From NCBI GenBank assembly GCA_965112155.1, contig OZ218098.1: a stretch of 64,000 bases of DNA; one strand, written 5' to 3'. How positions within the stretch are numbered: the first letter of the stretch is position 1; each line of letters starts with the position of its first letter. Both the position numbers and the translations under genes were made by a program. The stretch is from Podarcis liolepis. Taxonomy: Eukaryota. The notes below the pieces were generated by a model that was given only the letters and a program-made list of their open reading frames with translations, did no database searches and was not told the DNA's origin. This document shows positions 48,101-57,274 of the stretch, piece by piece.

Positions 48101-50551
48101 AGCAGTGGGAGCAGAACTAAAATATGTCCAACTTCCATGTAAAGAGACCCACTTGGTTCCTTCCAAAACACTTTTCTGGGTGTGGCAGATGAGAGCCTAG
48201 TAATTAAATGCAGCATAATTGTCACTGGTGCCATCAAGGAAACTGGAAGGATTTCAAGACTATAATTCTACTGAAGAGAGGTGACATCTCCCCATCTCCA
48301 GCAGAAGCCTTCTGTTAGCTACTCAACTAGCAGGCATTACAGCAGCGCAAGCGTCTTCGGTTTAGTGGTGCTGTGGGTGGTGAAAACTGCATCAGATGAA
48401 TTTTTGCCTGTCACACAGCTGTTGTAGATGCAGCACCTTTCTCAGGATGACTCAGGAAATTCAGAGTGTGAACCCTACTGTTGAAAGACGCTTGCTCCAT
48501 CTCTCCTCTAACTCAGTGTGAGGAAATGGATAGTTATCAGTAGAGCATGGAAAGCTCAAGTTCAAATCCATATCCTGCTCAGCCATCAAGCTCACTGGAG
48601 CTGCCAGTGAACTACTCCTATGCACCTGGGTGTAAATCCCACGACACCGAGGACTCACCCACAACTTCCCTTTGTCCCATAATAACTGAGTAGCTAGGAC
48701 AGAGTGGCAAATAAAACCCACAGTGTTAACATTTAAGCAATCCCTCCTGCTTCCTCAACATAGTGCTAGGTTTTGATCGGAGCTGAGGAACCAGTGGCTC
48801 CCTAGATGCTGCTGGACTCCAGCTGCCATCATTCCTGATCATTGGTCATGCTGACTGGGGCAGATGGGAGTTGGGAATCTGCTGGGCCAGAGATTCCCTA
48901 GCCCTGCTGTACATAAATTGTGTGGATGGGAGAATTAAAGAAGGTGCACCTACTATTGTCCCTGACAGTATTATGCCCTAAGGGGCAGCTTGGGAGAGGC
49001 GAGGGTGGTTTATTCCCTCAGGTTAAGCCAATTATTTAAGTGAGACAATTGTCCACAGAACCAGGGTTGCTTCCTTGTGTGGTGCAGTGGTTAGAGTGTT
49101 GGACGAGGACCTGGGAGGCCTGAGTTCAAATCCCCACTCAGCCATGAAGCTCACTGTGTAACCATAGGCCAGTCACTCTCTCTCAGCCTAACCTACCCCA
49201 CAGGGTTGTTGCGAGGTAAAATGGGGAAGAGGAGAACCACACCACACACCTTGAGATCCTTGGCTGGAATATAAATGTAAAATAAACAACATAAAAGCTG
49301 CAAAGTAGTAGTCCAAACTAGGTTGGCAAGGTTAGCATAATGTTACCATAGGCACAGTGGCTCCAGGAAGAATGATTGTTTTGCAGACAGCAGCAGGAGG
49401 CAAAGAACCAGTAGAAATTACTTGCATAATAAACAGCTGGAGAAACCGAGAGCAGTTTAAGTGCAAGGTATGGGGGATATTTGACCGAATCTCATGTTTG
49501 ATTAAATCTGTGAGGCAAGGCAAATTGCTGGAGAGGAGAATTCTTCTGCTATCTCACTTAGTCATTCTCAGTTGTGACTAACCTTTGTCTGGCCTGCGTA
49601 TCTTGAGTGTGACCCAGACTAAACCTTTGAGAGGGTCCACGCCACCTTCCCAGAGAGGAAGCTGTCTTGGTAACACAGCCCTATTATTATCATAAAAACT
49701 ATTGGCGACAGTTTCTCCTTCTGTCTATGATAGTTAGCATATAAACCTACGACATTGGCTGGCTGACTAAGCCCACAACCACCTCAACAAGGGCATATTC
49801 CTGGTTGAAGCATCTGAATCAACAACACAGCTGGGCTAACTCCTCCACTGCACTTTTTTGCCCGGTGCCATTTTATCACACAGTTTGATTAATGCAGCTG
49901 CACCGCCAGAGTTAGAAGAGTTCGCACAACAAACAGGAGAGAGGGTTAGGAGTGGCGAGCTTTGAGCTGGGAGGCCCTGGAGTTCCCATCTCACCTCACC
50001 CTTGAACTCCCCAGGGGTGGCCTCCACCAAGCAACTGTTTTCTCAGGCTAATGAGAGTAGCAAGGCTGACTTACCTCGCCAGAACATTGCAACAATTTCC
50101 TAGATAATGGGTGGCATCCAACTAATTTTTACTCACAGCAGACCTACTGAAATCAATGAGCCTGAGTCATGTGCATTCATTTCTGTGGGTCTACTCTGAG
50201 TCAAACGTAGTTTAATACCGACCCTTCACAATTCCCACACAATCGACCCAAAGGTTTCTTTCTACCACCTGACGCCCCCCTGCAACGAACAACCTTTGCC
50301 CAGTTTCATTTCTCCCCTCGCCTACCTTTCAGCTCCGCGTAGTCCAGCATCGCTCCGTTGGTCCTGGGGGTCGAGTGGCTCTTCTGCAACATCCTCATGC
50401 GGACCTGCTCCTGCACCCGGGCGCTCTTGAACCCCTCGGCGGCGTCGGGGGCCTCGCTCTTCCTGTCCAGCTGCTTGTCCGAGGGCAGCGCCAAGGAGCA
50501 CACGCCATCCTCCGGCTGCAGAGCCGACAAGAAGAAGTTATTCTCCTGCAT
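10666..50551 (-). CDS. PKP3: Plakophilin-3, complete 13-exon gene model (span; 2496 nt CDS, 831 aa)
   Basis: Exons 50326-50551, 27789-27877, 26586-27319, 24238-24361, 23728-23932, 18031-18205, 17042-17159, 15030-15197, 14022-14207, 12844-12997, 12456-12648, 11641-11728, 10666-10701. All GT-AG, phases consistent, no stops. Armadillo repeats closely match recalled human PKP3. Confidence 0.97.
11641..11728 (-). CDS. PKP3: PKP3 exon 12
   Basis: ctctccag|C...ACG|gtatgt; SDSEKSSRAASSLLTNMWQYSKLHRDYKT; 88 nt. Confidence 0.96.
12456..12648 (-). CDS. PKP3: PKP3 exon 11
   Basis: tttgcag|CA...AG|gtgggg; TKVVSHLIEKLPGSSGEKWPPTDVVVNIIAVLNNLVVESPVAARDIVYFDGLRKLFYIKKKRD; 193 nt. Confidence 0.96.
12844..12997 (-). 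CDS. PKP3: PKP3 exon 10
   Basis: cattgtag|TGG...ATG T|gtgagt; WAGVLSRVALEQERILNPVLDRVRTADHHQLRSLTGLIRNLSRNARNKDEM; 154 nt; not shown in this frame by the ORF track. Confidence 0.96.
13370..13563. mobile_element. Old hAT (Charlie/MER5-like) non-autonomous element
   Basis: Ends resemble CAGGGGTTCTTAACC...GGTTAAGAACCACTG (tagggattcttaacc / aggttaagaactattg). Confidence 0.55.
14022..14207 (-). CDS. PKP3: PKP3 exon 9
   Basis: ttccctcccaag|CTC...AGG|gtaagg (AAG acceptor); LHMNSDIVTFTEVSKDPKGMEWLWNPQIIGVYNRLLQRCELNKHTTEAASGALQNITAGDRR; 186 nt. Confidence 0.94.
14855..14945 (-). mobile_element. Short 3' end of an L2-type LINE
   Basis: tttattatttataccccgcccatctggctgggtttcc...; near-identical to the start of the 42345-42645 copy. 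Confidence 0.7.
15030..15197 (-). CDS. PKP3: PKP3 exon 8
   Basis: ccctacag|AGT...GAG|gtgaga; SVENAVCVLRNLSYRLYDEMPPSALQRLEGQRRGEGPNMTSELVGCFSPQGRRARE; 168 nt. Confidence 0.96.
17042..17159 (-). CDS. PKP3: PKP3 exon 7
   Basis: ccttctag|G...AAG|gtgagt; NLSSASQQTRQKMRECHGLVDSMVNYINSSLEVGKSEDK; 118 nt. Confidence 0.96.
18031..18205 (-). CDS. PKP3: PKP3 exon 6
   Basis: ctctgcag|GA...AG|gtattt; ILWNLSSSDNLKDRLARDTLEKLTDLVLIPLSGTGNAALIQQNASEAEIFYNATGFL; 175 nt. Confidence 0.96.
18611..18852 (+). mobile_element. Tc1/mariner MITE, copy 2
   Basis: TA|CAGTGGTACCTTGG...CCAAGGTACCACTG|TA; 242 bp. Confidence 0.9.
19040..19230 (+). mobile_element. Squamate tRNA-derived SINE
   Basis: tRNA-like head (gcagagcatctgctttgcatgcagaa..ggttcaattccc, B-box) and tail ataaggcagctt..tatgttcct; related copies at about 23205 and 51650. 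Confidence 0.75.
19309..19536 (-). mobile_element. Tc1/mariner MITE, copy 3 (inverted relative to the others)
   Basis: TA|CAGTGGTACCTCAGGTTAC...TAACCCGAGGTACCACTG|TA; reverse complement of copies 1, 2 and 4. Confidence 0.9.
23205..23272 (+). mobile_element. Head fragment of the same tRNA-derived SINE
   Basis: ctttgcatgcagaaggtcccaggttcaattcctggcacctccagg matches the 19040 copy. Confidence 0.65.
23728..23932 (-). CDS. PKP3: PKP3 exon 5
   Basis: ctcaacag|GCT...ACA G|gtgaga; ARSLQAVPKLVKLFNNSNHEVQRHATGAMRNLIYDNAENKLALVEENGIYELMRTLCEQDDELRKNVT; 205 nt. Confidence 0.97.
24238..24361 (-). CDS. PKP3: PKP3 exon 4
   Basis: gttttcag|G...CAG|gtgagg; FDDIDLPSAVKYLMASDPNLQVLGAAYIQHKCYSDNDAKKQ; 124 nt. 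Confidence 0.97.
24459..24974 (-). mobile_element. Penelope-like element (pseudo-LTR/3' end, about 420 bp at 24514-24934) inserted in a (TA)n microsatellite
   Basis: (TA)n at 24459-24512 and 24935-24974 flank a distinct insert. It carries a CUGAAGAUG-stem-GAAACGUC hammerhead motif and an open frame ending ...QPEDDE* inside that motif, a layout typical of Penelope-like ends. Confidence 0.7.
24590..24640 (-). ncRNA. Minimal type-I hammerhead ribozyme motif
   Basis: Minus strand reads CCAGC CUGAAGA U GACGAG-UGAGAC-CUCGUC GAAAC GUC^GCCUAG: core CUGANGA, perfect 6-bp stem II, GAAA and a GUC cleavage triplet. Stem III has no loop and stem I is weak. Confidence 0.65.
25651..26247. mobile_element. 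hAT non-autonomous transposon with internal minisatellite
   Basis: TIRs CAGGGGTAGGCAACCT and (reverse complement) CAGGGGTCAGCAACCT; perfect 8-bp TSD GCCTTGGC at 25643-25650 and 26248-26255. Confidence 0.92.
25727..26143. repeat. 71-bp tandem repeat, about 5.9 copies
   Basis: Unit gtgtttttacatgagtagaatgtgt(c/g)cttttatttaaaa(c/t)gcatctttgggttatttgtgggacctgcctg starts at 25727, 25798, 25869, 25940, 26011 and 26082. Confidence 0.97.
26586..27319 (-). CDS. PKP3: PKP3 exon 3 (head domain)
   Basis: cattgtag|CTG...GG|gtgagt; LYQPPAGKKGYSTMKTTSWSSRSAVDL...RSFHER...YDTMSLRSLRL...IRAPAMRTLQRFQS...RAPSVRSLADS; 734 nt. Confidence 0.96.
27789..27877 (-). CDS. PKP3: PKP3 exon 2
   Basis: gtcctgcag|GC...TCT|gtaagt; (G)GNSTNGQCSTLQQHYSSRSQTNGTAPKSS, compared with human GQYHTLQAGFSSRSQ. 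89 nt bridges phase 1 to phase 0. Confidence 0.9.
31119..31254. mobile_element. 136-bp palindromic hAT MITE
   Basis: TIRs CAGGTATCCCCAACCT / AGGTTGGGGATGCCTG and perfect 8-bp TSD ACTTAGAG. Internal ctacaattccc/gggagttgtag arms. Decayed relatives near 16360, 36195, 45130, 47227, 48780, 54010, 54917 and 59990. Confidence 0.88.
33200..35021 (+). mobile_element. Degenerate Ty3/Gypsy LTR-retrotransposon pol (RT and RNase H)
   Basis: Across frameshifts: TLEDLL..KVFSK, ITPFGRFCFQRLPFGIASA, EKCIF, LRQFLGMLNYL, GVLLQLHGSEWMPVTFCSRTLTRAEKN, DHNPFV, IADTLS. A polypurine tract AAGGAAGGGA followed by TG at 35022 may mark a 3' LTR start. Left boundary approximate. Confidence 0.85.
33533..33774 (+). mobile_element. 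Tc1/mariner MITE, copy 4, nested in the Gypsy RT
   Basis: TA|CAGTGGTACCTCAGGTTA...TAACCTGAGGTACCACTG|TA; 242 bp. Confidence 0.92.
42345..42645 (-). mobile_element. L2-type LINE 3' fragment with (TAA)n-like tail
   Basis: Reverse-oriented L2 3' sequence (gggagggcgttccacagg..gccactaccgagaaggccct) next to (TAA)n/(TTA)n. Confidence 0.75.
44188..44283. mobile_element. Internally deleted hAT MITE
   Basis: TIRs CAGGCATAGGCAAACTCGG / CCGAGTTTGCCTACGCCTG; TSD ttttaaat / atttaaat. Confidence 0.8.
47664..47860 (+). mobile_element. 5'-truncated BovB/RTE LINE 3' end
   Basis: Near-identical to 57073-57270; ends gactaaacaac; short flanking duplication (c)aaact. Confidence 0.88.
49077..49290 (+). mobile_element. 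MIR/Ther1-derived squamate SINE (Squam3-like)
   Basis: A-box tggtgcagtgg, B-box gagttcaaatcc, core ..ggccagtcactctctctcagcctaacctac..cacagggttgttg, A-rich tail. Confidence 0.8.
50326..50551 (-). CDS. PKP3: PKP3 exon 1 (coding part)
   Basis: agcATG; MQENNFFLSALQPEDGVCSLALPSDKQLDRK...ARVQEQVR (conserved plakophilin N-terminal motif); donor AAA G|gtaggc; 226 nt. Confidence 0.96.
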
Positions 50552-51060
50552 GCTGGCTGCTGGGCCAGGCGCGCACGTGAAAAACAGCCCGGCTCTTCCT
50601 CCGGGTCAACCCGCCCCTTCCCCGCGCCTGCCAGGAACTCTGTGTGGGCTGAGGGGAAGTTCCTCGCGAGGGCTTGGAGCAGCCCTTCCGCTCCTCCTGC
50701 GCCCTCTTCTCTGCGCCCAAATGGCGCTTTGACGCGCCAGGTAAGTTGCGCGCTTATTCACAGGTGAGTCTGTCGGGCCCTCCCTCTGACTTTAGTATAC
50801 AAAAAAAAAAGTTTCTTCATTCAGGGAGCGCGCCCACACATACACCCGCCTCCTCCTCCACGCCATCCCCGGTCTTCTTGCAAGCGTCGTTTGGTTTCCT
50901 GGGACTTTCCTTTCCTTCTCTGCGCTGGTGGTGACACACCTACGTGATTCCACCCCTCTCTCTCCCTAGCAACTGAGATCAGCCGGGAGGCAGAGCAACA
51001 GGTCGGCCGCTTCCACCTTAAGCAGGTGAGGCGCTGGGCAAAGCGATGCCTTTAAGGTGG
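50330..51060 (-). promoter_or_regulatory. CpG island / PKP3 promoter and 5'UTR
   Basis: The most CpG-dense non-repeat stretch outside exon 3. GC box ccgcccc at 50611, CACGTG at 50574, CAGGTA at 50738, CAGGTG at 50761 and 51023. TSS not determinable. Confidence 0.8.
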
Positions 51061-51649
51061 AATTCCAAAGATGCACGAACTGGCCTGGCCTTGGCCCTGC
51101 CCTGCCCCACACCTCGCCCTCAGCTGTGTAAACTGGCAAAAGCGGTTATGGGTGCGGTGCCTCCAGGGTTCTTGAAGGGTGTGCGTTTGTGTGCCTAGAG
51201 ATAGAGGGCTGTAGGCCGTGGTGCCATCCCGCTCTCCTCTCTTTTTGTTACACCTTCTCCATTCCGCGAAAACAGAGCTCCCCCGGGTCTGGCAGAGCCC
51301 CGTGTCAACAAAAGTGCAGCAAAACAAGGAGCGAACACGCCTCGGCCGAACCTAGCTTTGTTCCCTCCCAGCTTGTGAAGTAACTTAACAGCCTGTACAT
51401 TCCAAACACTGAGCTGCTGCCTTGGGAGCTGAGCGGGAGAAGGGATAGAGGCAGGCCAAAGTCCAGGAGTTCAATCCAGGCTCCTCCTCCTGCTCACCCA
51501 GAGTCCCAGGAGGCACCTCTAGAGCATTCAGAGTGTGAGGCTCAGCTACACAGGCACATTCTGTGCCATGGCTGCAGCCAGGGAGAGACAGTGGGTGAGC
51601 AAGTCATGCCAGCTGTGGCCTTTCCTCCCCCGTCATTTTCTTCACCAGA

Positions 51650-51836
51650 GTATATAGGTAGCTGCCTTATACAGAGTCAGACCACTGGTCCATCTAGCTC
51701 AGTATTGTCTACACTGACTGGCAGCAGCTCTCTGGCAGGGTTTTGGGCAAGTCTTCCCAGTCCTACCTGGAGATCAAAACTAGGACCTTCTTTGTATAAG
51801 GCAGATGCTGTACCACTGAGCTTCGACCCTTCCCCA
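51650..51836 (-). mobile_element. tRNA-derived SINE (same family as 19040)
   Basis: ataggtagctgccttatacagagtcagacc..ggtccatctagctcagtattgtctacactgactggcagcagctctc is the reverse complement of the 19040 tail. Confidence 0.78.
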
Positions 51837-54749
51837 AGTATCTTCTGGATGTTACAAGCAACAGACATTGCTGATTGGCTGGAAGGAATGTGGGAGGGGT
51901 TCCCCATTCACCACTCAGGGTCATAGATCACTGCTGAATCATACAGTTCCAGGGCTGCTCGCCCTACTATTAGCCAGGGTGTGGCACCTGCTTCAGGCAG
52001 CTAATTTAAGGTGTCGTCAAATGGCAGCAAATAGCCAGTTCCTTAAATTATTACTATTATAATATTTTTACTCTCAGGGAGAGGCATTTGGTGATTTTAT
52101 GTCTCAGGTGCAAAAACAATGTAGTTAGTCTTGGACGCTGTGTGCCTTTGCGAGGAGACACCATTTGCTGCAAAATACATTTGGACTAGCCTTGTAGACT
52201 GCAATACTAATGAAGGGGGAAGAGCCATTTCCTTGCTTCTTAGGAGGGTATACAGCACTTGCTCAGTGTTGGAAGACTCTGGGGCGAAGCAAGTGTAGAG
52301 AGAAACAACACCATTGTGGCAGAAATGGTCTTCTACGATGGGCAGAATCCTAAAACTGCACACACACTGCTGTCATCACCATTCCACTGTGGCCTTGCCA
52401 TCTGCCAAATCCCAGCATGTCCTTCATACAGATCCATGTACCTTCCATAACCACCCCATAATGGGTTCTTGATTCCTGTTCTTCCCACCATTAGGTTGCT
52501 ACTTCTTGCCCTACAACTCCAAGCTCACTAGACTCTTTCCTTATCCCTCTACTACTGTTGGTGAGATTCTTTTTCTGTTACTGGACCTCTTCGCCCTGTC
52601 CACCACCTGTATAGCATTATGTCTGTTCCTTTCTACTTTAACGGGATAGCAAGTGAAATAGATGCAGACTGTGCTCGCAAGGGAAAGTCTTATCCATTCC
52701 TCAAAACTGTTGAAGCCTTAAGAAAAAAGATGCCCAACTCTTTAAAAAAGAATGCTCTATAGACCTTAGCAGTACGCAGAATATACCATGTGAGAGCAAA
52801 TGGGTTTAAGTATAGCCCATACTTTTACTCTCTGTATATGCCAATCAATCAAGGTAATTGGTCATTGCTAGCATCAGCACTTCCATAGGCTTGGTAGACT
52901 TGAAAAAGACTTTCGGCTTATTATTACAGCCTTTTAATGGGCTAGATCAGGAGGGCCAAGTTTGCCTATGCTTGGGCTTGATGCGCCAGGAACTAAAGAG
53001 ACTGTCTTTATTTTGCATATGAAGGACAGCAAGTGCAGTGAGACTTTCGGACATGAGGATGGCCCAAATGCTAACAATACTATCTGACTACCAGTTAATA
53101 GAAACAACCCATTCACTCTCCTCTTGCACAGTCCTCAGCTGGCTTATTTATCTCTCAGGGAAGCAGCATATTCCTCTTGGAAGTACGCCTGCCTTGAGGC
53201 TTGCAGGGGACAATAATCAAGACACACAGCGTTCCATATGATGGTTTTCCCTTGGGTGGTCTCTCACCAAATAATAATTAACTAGCGTTTGTGAAGCTCT
53301 GTCAGATGTCCAGATGAAAGACTCTCTGGACGTGTGTAGCGTTAATCATTGTAATAGCCCAGCCCAGCCCAGCTTAGCTTTTAAAATTCTGCACAGCCCA
53401 GCATAGGCGATGCTGAATTTCCAGCTAATAAATGCTCTGTGACTAAAGTATGAATAATCCTCTGAGTTAAAAAAGCACTCCCAAATTAAGGAGACCTCAT
53501 TAAGAAGAAGTGTCCCTCTGTTAACTAGTGGGAAACTGAGGCACGCAATGTGGAGCAATTCATCAGTCGGAAGCGGAGCAAGGATTAATACTCAGCAGTT
53601 CCCAGGACTGTGCTAAAGGCTAATTGGGCATTTCCCTTCTTGTGCACTTTCATGAGAACATTAATTGCCACTGATATCCCCATTGATGTTCAGCAGCAAC
53701 AATGCCCCAGGTAGAGGAATCTGGGGGAGGGGCAGGAGTGTGTATTTTTATTATTTCTTATTATGTTTGGCCAAGAAGATTATTCATGCTAGAAGTTCAA
53801 AATTCCTGGCAGGTGTCAGATTTTGGGGGAACTAGTGATACAATGCTTTTTAACAGCCTGAGGGCTAACAGTGTACCTACCTCACTGACCTGGAGTAAAG
53901 GAATCCTATGAAGTAATTTGCTTTTGACCAGTCACAAAAAATTGACATTGGGAGAAGTTGTTTCTCATAGAAGGTCATCCTATGGGGACCGCTGCATGAG
54001 CATCCCTGACTGGGCAACCTGTGACCCTCCAAATACTGCTGAACTACACTTCCCATCATCCCTGACCACTGACTGAGACTGATGGGAGTTGGACTCCAGT
54101 AACATCTGAAGGGCCACAGGTTGCTTACCCTTGCATATATCAAGCATTAATCTCAGAGTATAAATTTCATCTGTGACTCATGTCAGGCTGTTTCCAAACA
54201 AAACCCAATTGTGGTGTCGTCATGTCCCGATTCAGGGTACCTTACAAATCTAAGCTACACACAGATTGTGATGATCCTTGTGATGGTTTTCCCCTGATCA
54301 ATTGGTGGACCAGGGCCTCACTGGATCAGTGGCGGCATCACAGTCCAACTTGTATTGGGCCACCTTTGTCCACACTTCTGACTAAACACTGTAGCACTGA
54401 ACAAGCCACCAGGGATGGTGCTTTGAGGACATTTCCCCAACACCTTCTGTTTCCTTTAGAGGTGATGGGGAGACAGAGCAGAACGGGCCCAATCTGAAGC
54501 AGTGAATTTTAGTAAAGTGGCAGAAAATCCTTTCCCCTTCTGCCATCCATATTGTGGCCTTTGCTCTTTTCCTTCTCTGATGAAATCTCCAAGATAGCAT
54601 CAGGAAGCAGGAGGTGTGTGGGGTGTGTGGGTCAAGGGTGGGTCATCTGGATAGAGATGGGCCTGGACTTATCCTTCCCATGTCAGCTGGCTACAAGACT
54701 AAAGATACTTCTGGATGTGATTTTGAGCACAAAGGAAATACAAAGATGG

Positions 54750-54752
<3 letters not shown>

Positions 54753-54800
<48 letters not shown>
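54753..54800. repeat. (TC)n plus (TATC)n microsatellite
   Basis: Seen directly. Confidence 0.95.
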
Positions 54801-55596
54801 ATCTCTCCCCACTTCCCATTGTGTGAATACTTCAGTATGAACTTTCCTTTATGTACTGATGCTCTTGACATTAGAAAATGTGAGTCTGCCAGCCTTTAAA
54901 TGAAGTATAAAACCAGACAGCCTTCCTCAATTTGGTGCCCTCTCCATATATTACTGGACTACAACTCCCATCTACCCCAATCAGGGATAATGGGAGCTGT
55001 AGTCCAACACTTCTGAAGGGCACCAAACTGGGGAAGGTTGAAACAAAGAATCTTGTGGCAGCTTAAAGACTAACACTATGGCATAAGCTTTCAAGGAGTT
55101 AGTCTACTTTACCAGACACATGAATTAAGACAATGTCTGTGCAAGGCCATTTTGTGTGATCTATCATTGAAAATAACATGAGGATGTGCTGTTGTTTTTC
55201 TGTAACCTATTGCTGCCATTCCTCTTCCTGGTTGTAATGCCAAACCAGAATTCCTGGAAAATGTAACTCAGCCGAACTAATTAGAGTCTGTACTAATTAG
55301 TGTGAGGGCATAGTGGTATAGGCACTAATTTGGTTTGTGCCACTGGCACTGATCCTGCTAGTCCATTTGAGTTAGCAACAATCAGCACAGGGATCACCAT
55401 CAGTCCTGGAATCATTACACCAGAAACTCATGAAACTCTTGATCTGAGAGTGCCCTTAGTAAGCGAAAGACACCTTTCCCACAATTAATCTGCACAAGTG
55501 CTTCACAATGTGCATCTTCCTGGTTATTGCTCTACCCCACCCCTCACTCATATACTGATTTGGTCTAGCCCGTCTATCTACCTCACTAATTTCTTC

Positions 55597-57274
55597 GTAC
55601 AAAGATTACCATAATAAAGGACAAAAGTGGTAAGGACCTAACAGAAGCAGAAGACATCAAGAAGAGGTGGCAAGAATACACAGAGGAATTATACCAGAAA
55701 GATATGCATGGCTCGTACACCCCAGGTAGTGTGGTTGCTGACCTTGAGCCAGACACCCTGGAGAGTGAAGTCAAATGGGCCTTAGAAAGCACTGCAAATA
55801 ACAAGGCCAGTGGAAGTGATGGTATTCCAACTGAACTATTTAAAATTTTAAAAGATGATGCTGTTAAGGTGCTACACTCAATATGCCAACAAGTTTGGAA
55901 AACTCAGTAGTGGCCAAAGGATTGGAGAAGATCAGTCTACATCCCAATCCCAAAGAAGGGCAGTGCCAAAGAATGCTCCAACTACCGCACAATTGCACTC
56001 ATTTCACACGCTAGCAAAGTTATGCTTAAAATTCTACAAGGTAGGCTCAAGCAGTATGTGGACTGAGAACTCCCAGAAGTGCAAGCTGGATTTAGAAGAG
56101 GCAGAGGAACCAGAGACCAAATTGCAAACATGCGCTGGGTTATGGAGAAAGCTAGAGAGTTCCAGAAAGACATCTACTTCTGCTTCATTGACTATGCAAA
56201 AGCCTTTGACTGTGTCGACCACAGCAAACAATGGCAAGTTCTTAAAGAAATGGGAGTGCCTGATCACCTCATCTGTCTCCTGAGAAATCTCTATGTGGGA
56301 CAAGAAGCTACAGTTGGAACTGAATATGGAACAACAGATTGGTTCAAAATTGGGAAAGGAGTACGACAAGGCTGTATATTGTCTCCCTGCTTATTTAACT
56401 TATATGCAGAATTCATCATGTGAAAGGCTGGGCTGGATGAATCTCTAGCCGGAATTAAGATTGCCGGAAGAAATATCAACAACCTCAGATATGCAGATGA
56501 CACAACCTTGATGGCAGAAAGTGAGGAGGAATTAAAGAACCTTTTAATGAGGGTGAAAAAGGAGAGCGCAAAATATGGTTTGAAGCTCAACATCAAAAAA
56601 ACGAAGATCATGGCCACTGGTCCCATCACCTCCTGGCAAATAGAAGGGGAAGAAATGGAGGCAGTGAGAGATTTTACTTTCTTGGGCTCCATGATCACTG
56701 CAGATGGTGACAGCAGCCACAAAATTAAAATATGCCTGCTTCTTGGGAGAAAAGCAATGACAAACCTAGACAGTATCTTAAAAAGCAGAGACATCACCTT
56801 GCTGACAAAGGTCCGCATAGTTAAAGTGATGGTTTTCCCAGTAGTGATGTATGGAAGTGAGAGCTGGACCATAAAGAAGGCTGATTGCCGAAGAATTGAT
56901 GCTTTTGAATTATGGTGCTGGAGGAGACTCTTGAGAGTCCCATGGACTGCAAGAAGATCAAACCTAACCATTCTTAAGGAAATCAGCCCTGAATGCTCAG
57001 TGGAAAGACAGATCGTGAAGCTGAGGCTCCAATACTTTGGCCACCTCCTGAGAAGAGAAGACTCCCTGGAAAAGACCCTGATGTTGGGAAAGATTGAGGG
57101 CACAAGGAGAAGGGGACGACAGAGGACGAGATGGTTGGACAGTGTTCTCGAAGGTACCAGCATGAGTTTGACCAAGCTGCGGGAGGCAGTGGAAGACAGG
57201 AGTGCCTGGCATGCTCTGGTCTGTGGGGTCACGAAGAGTCAGACACGACTAAACGACTAAACAACAACAACAAC
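55597..57274 (+). mobile_element. 5'-truncated BovB (RTE clade) LINE, RT domain pseudogenised
   Basis: One reading frame: NKASGSDGIP, NYRTIALISH, QAGFRRGRGTRDQI, FIDYAKAFDCVDH, GVRQGCILSPCLFNLY, YADD (56490-56501). Three nonsense codons. (CAA)n tail; probable TSD ttcttc. Confidence 0.95.

Noticed and set aside
49077-49150. tRNA gene
   Set aside because: A and B boxes continue into a MIR-like core and A-rich tail, so it is a SINE head.
50358-50767. Plus-strand ORFs of 124-130 aa
   Set aside because: Non-ATG starts in a stop-poor CpG island, antisense to PKP3 exon 1.
56291-57232. 313-aa minus-strand ORF
   Set aside because: Antisense shadow of the BovB RT frame; no independent coding evidence.
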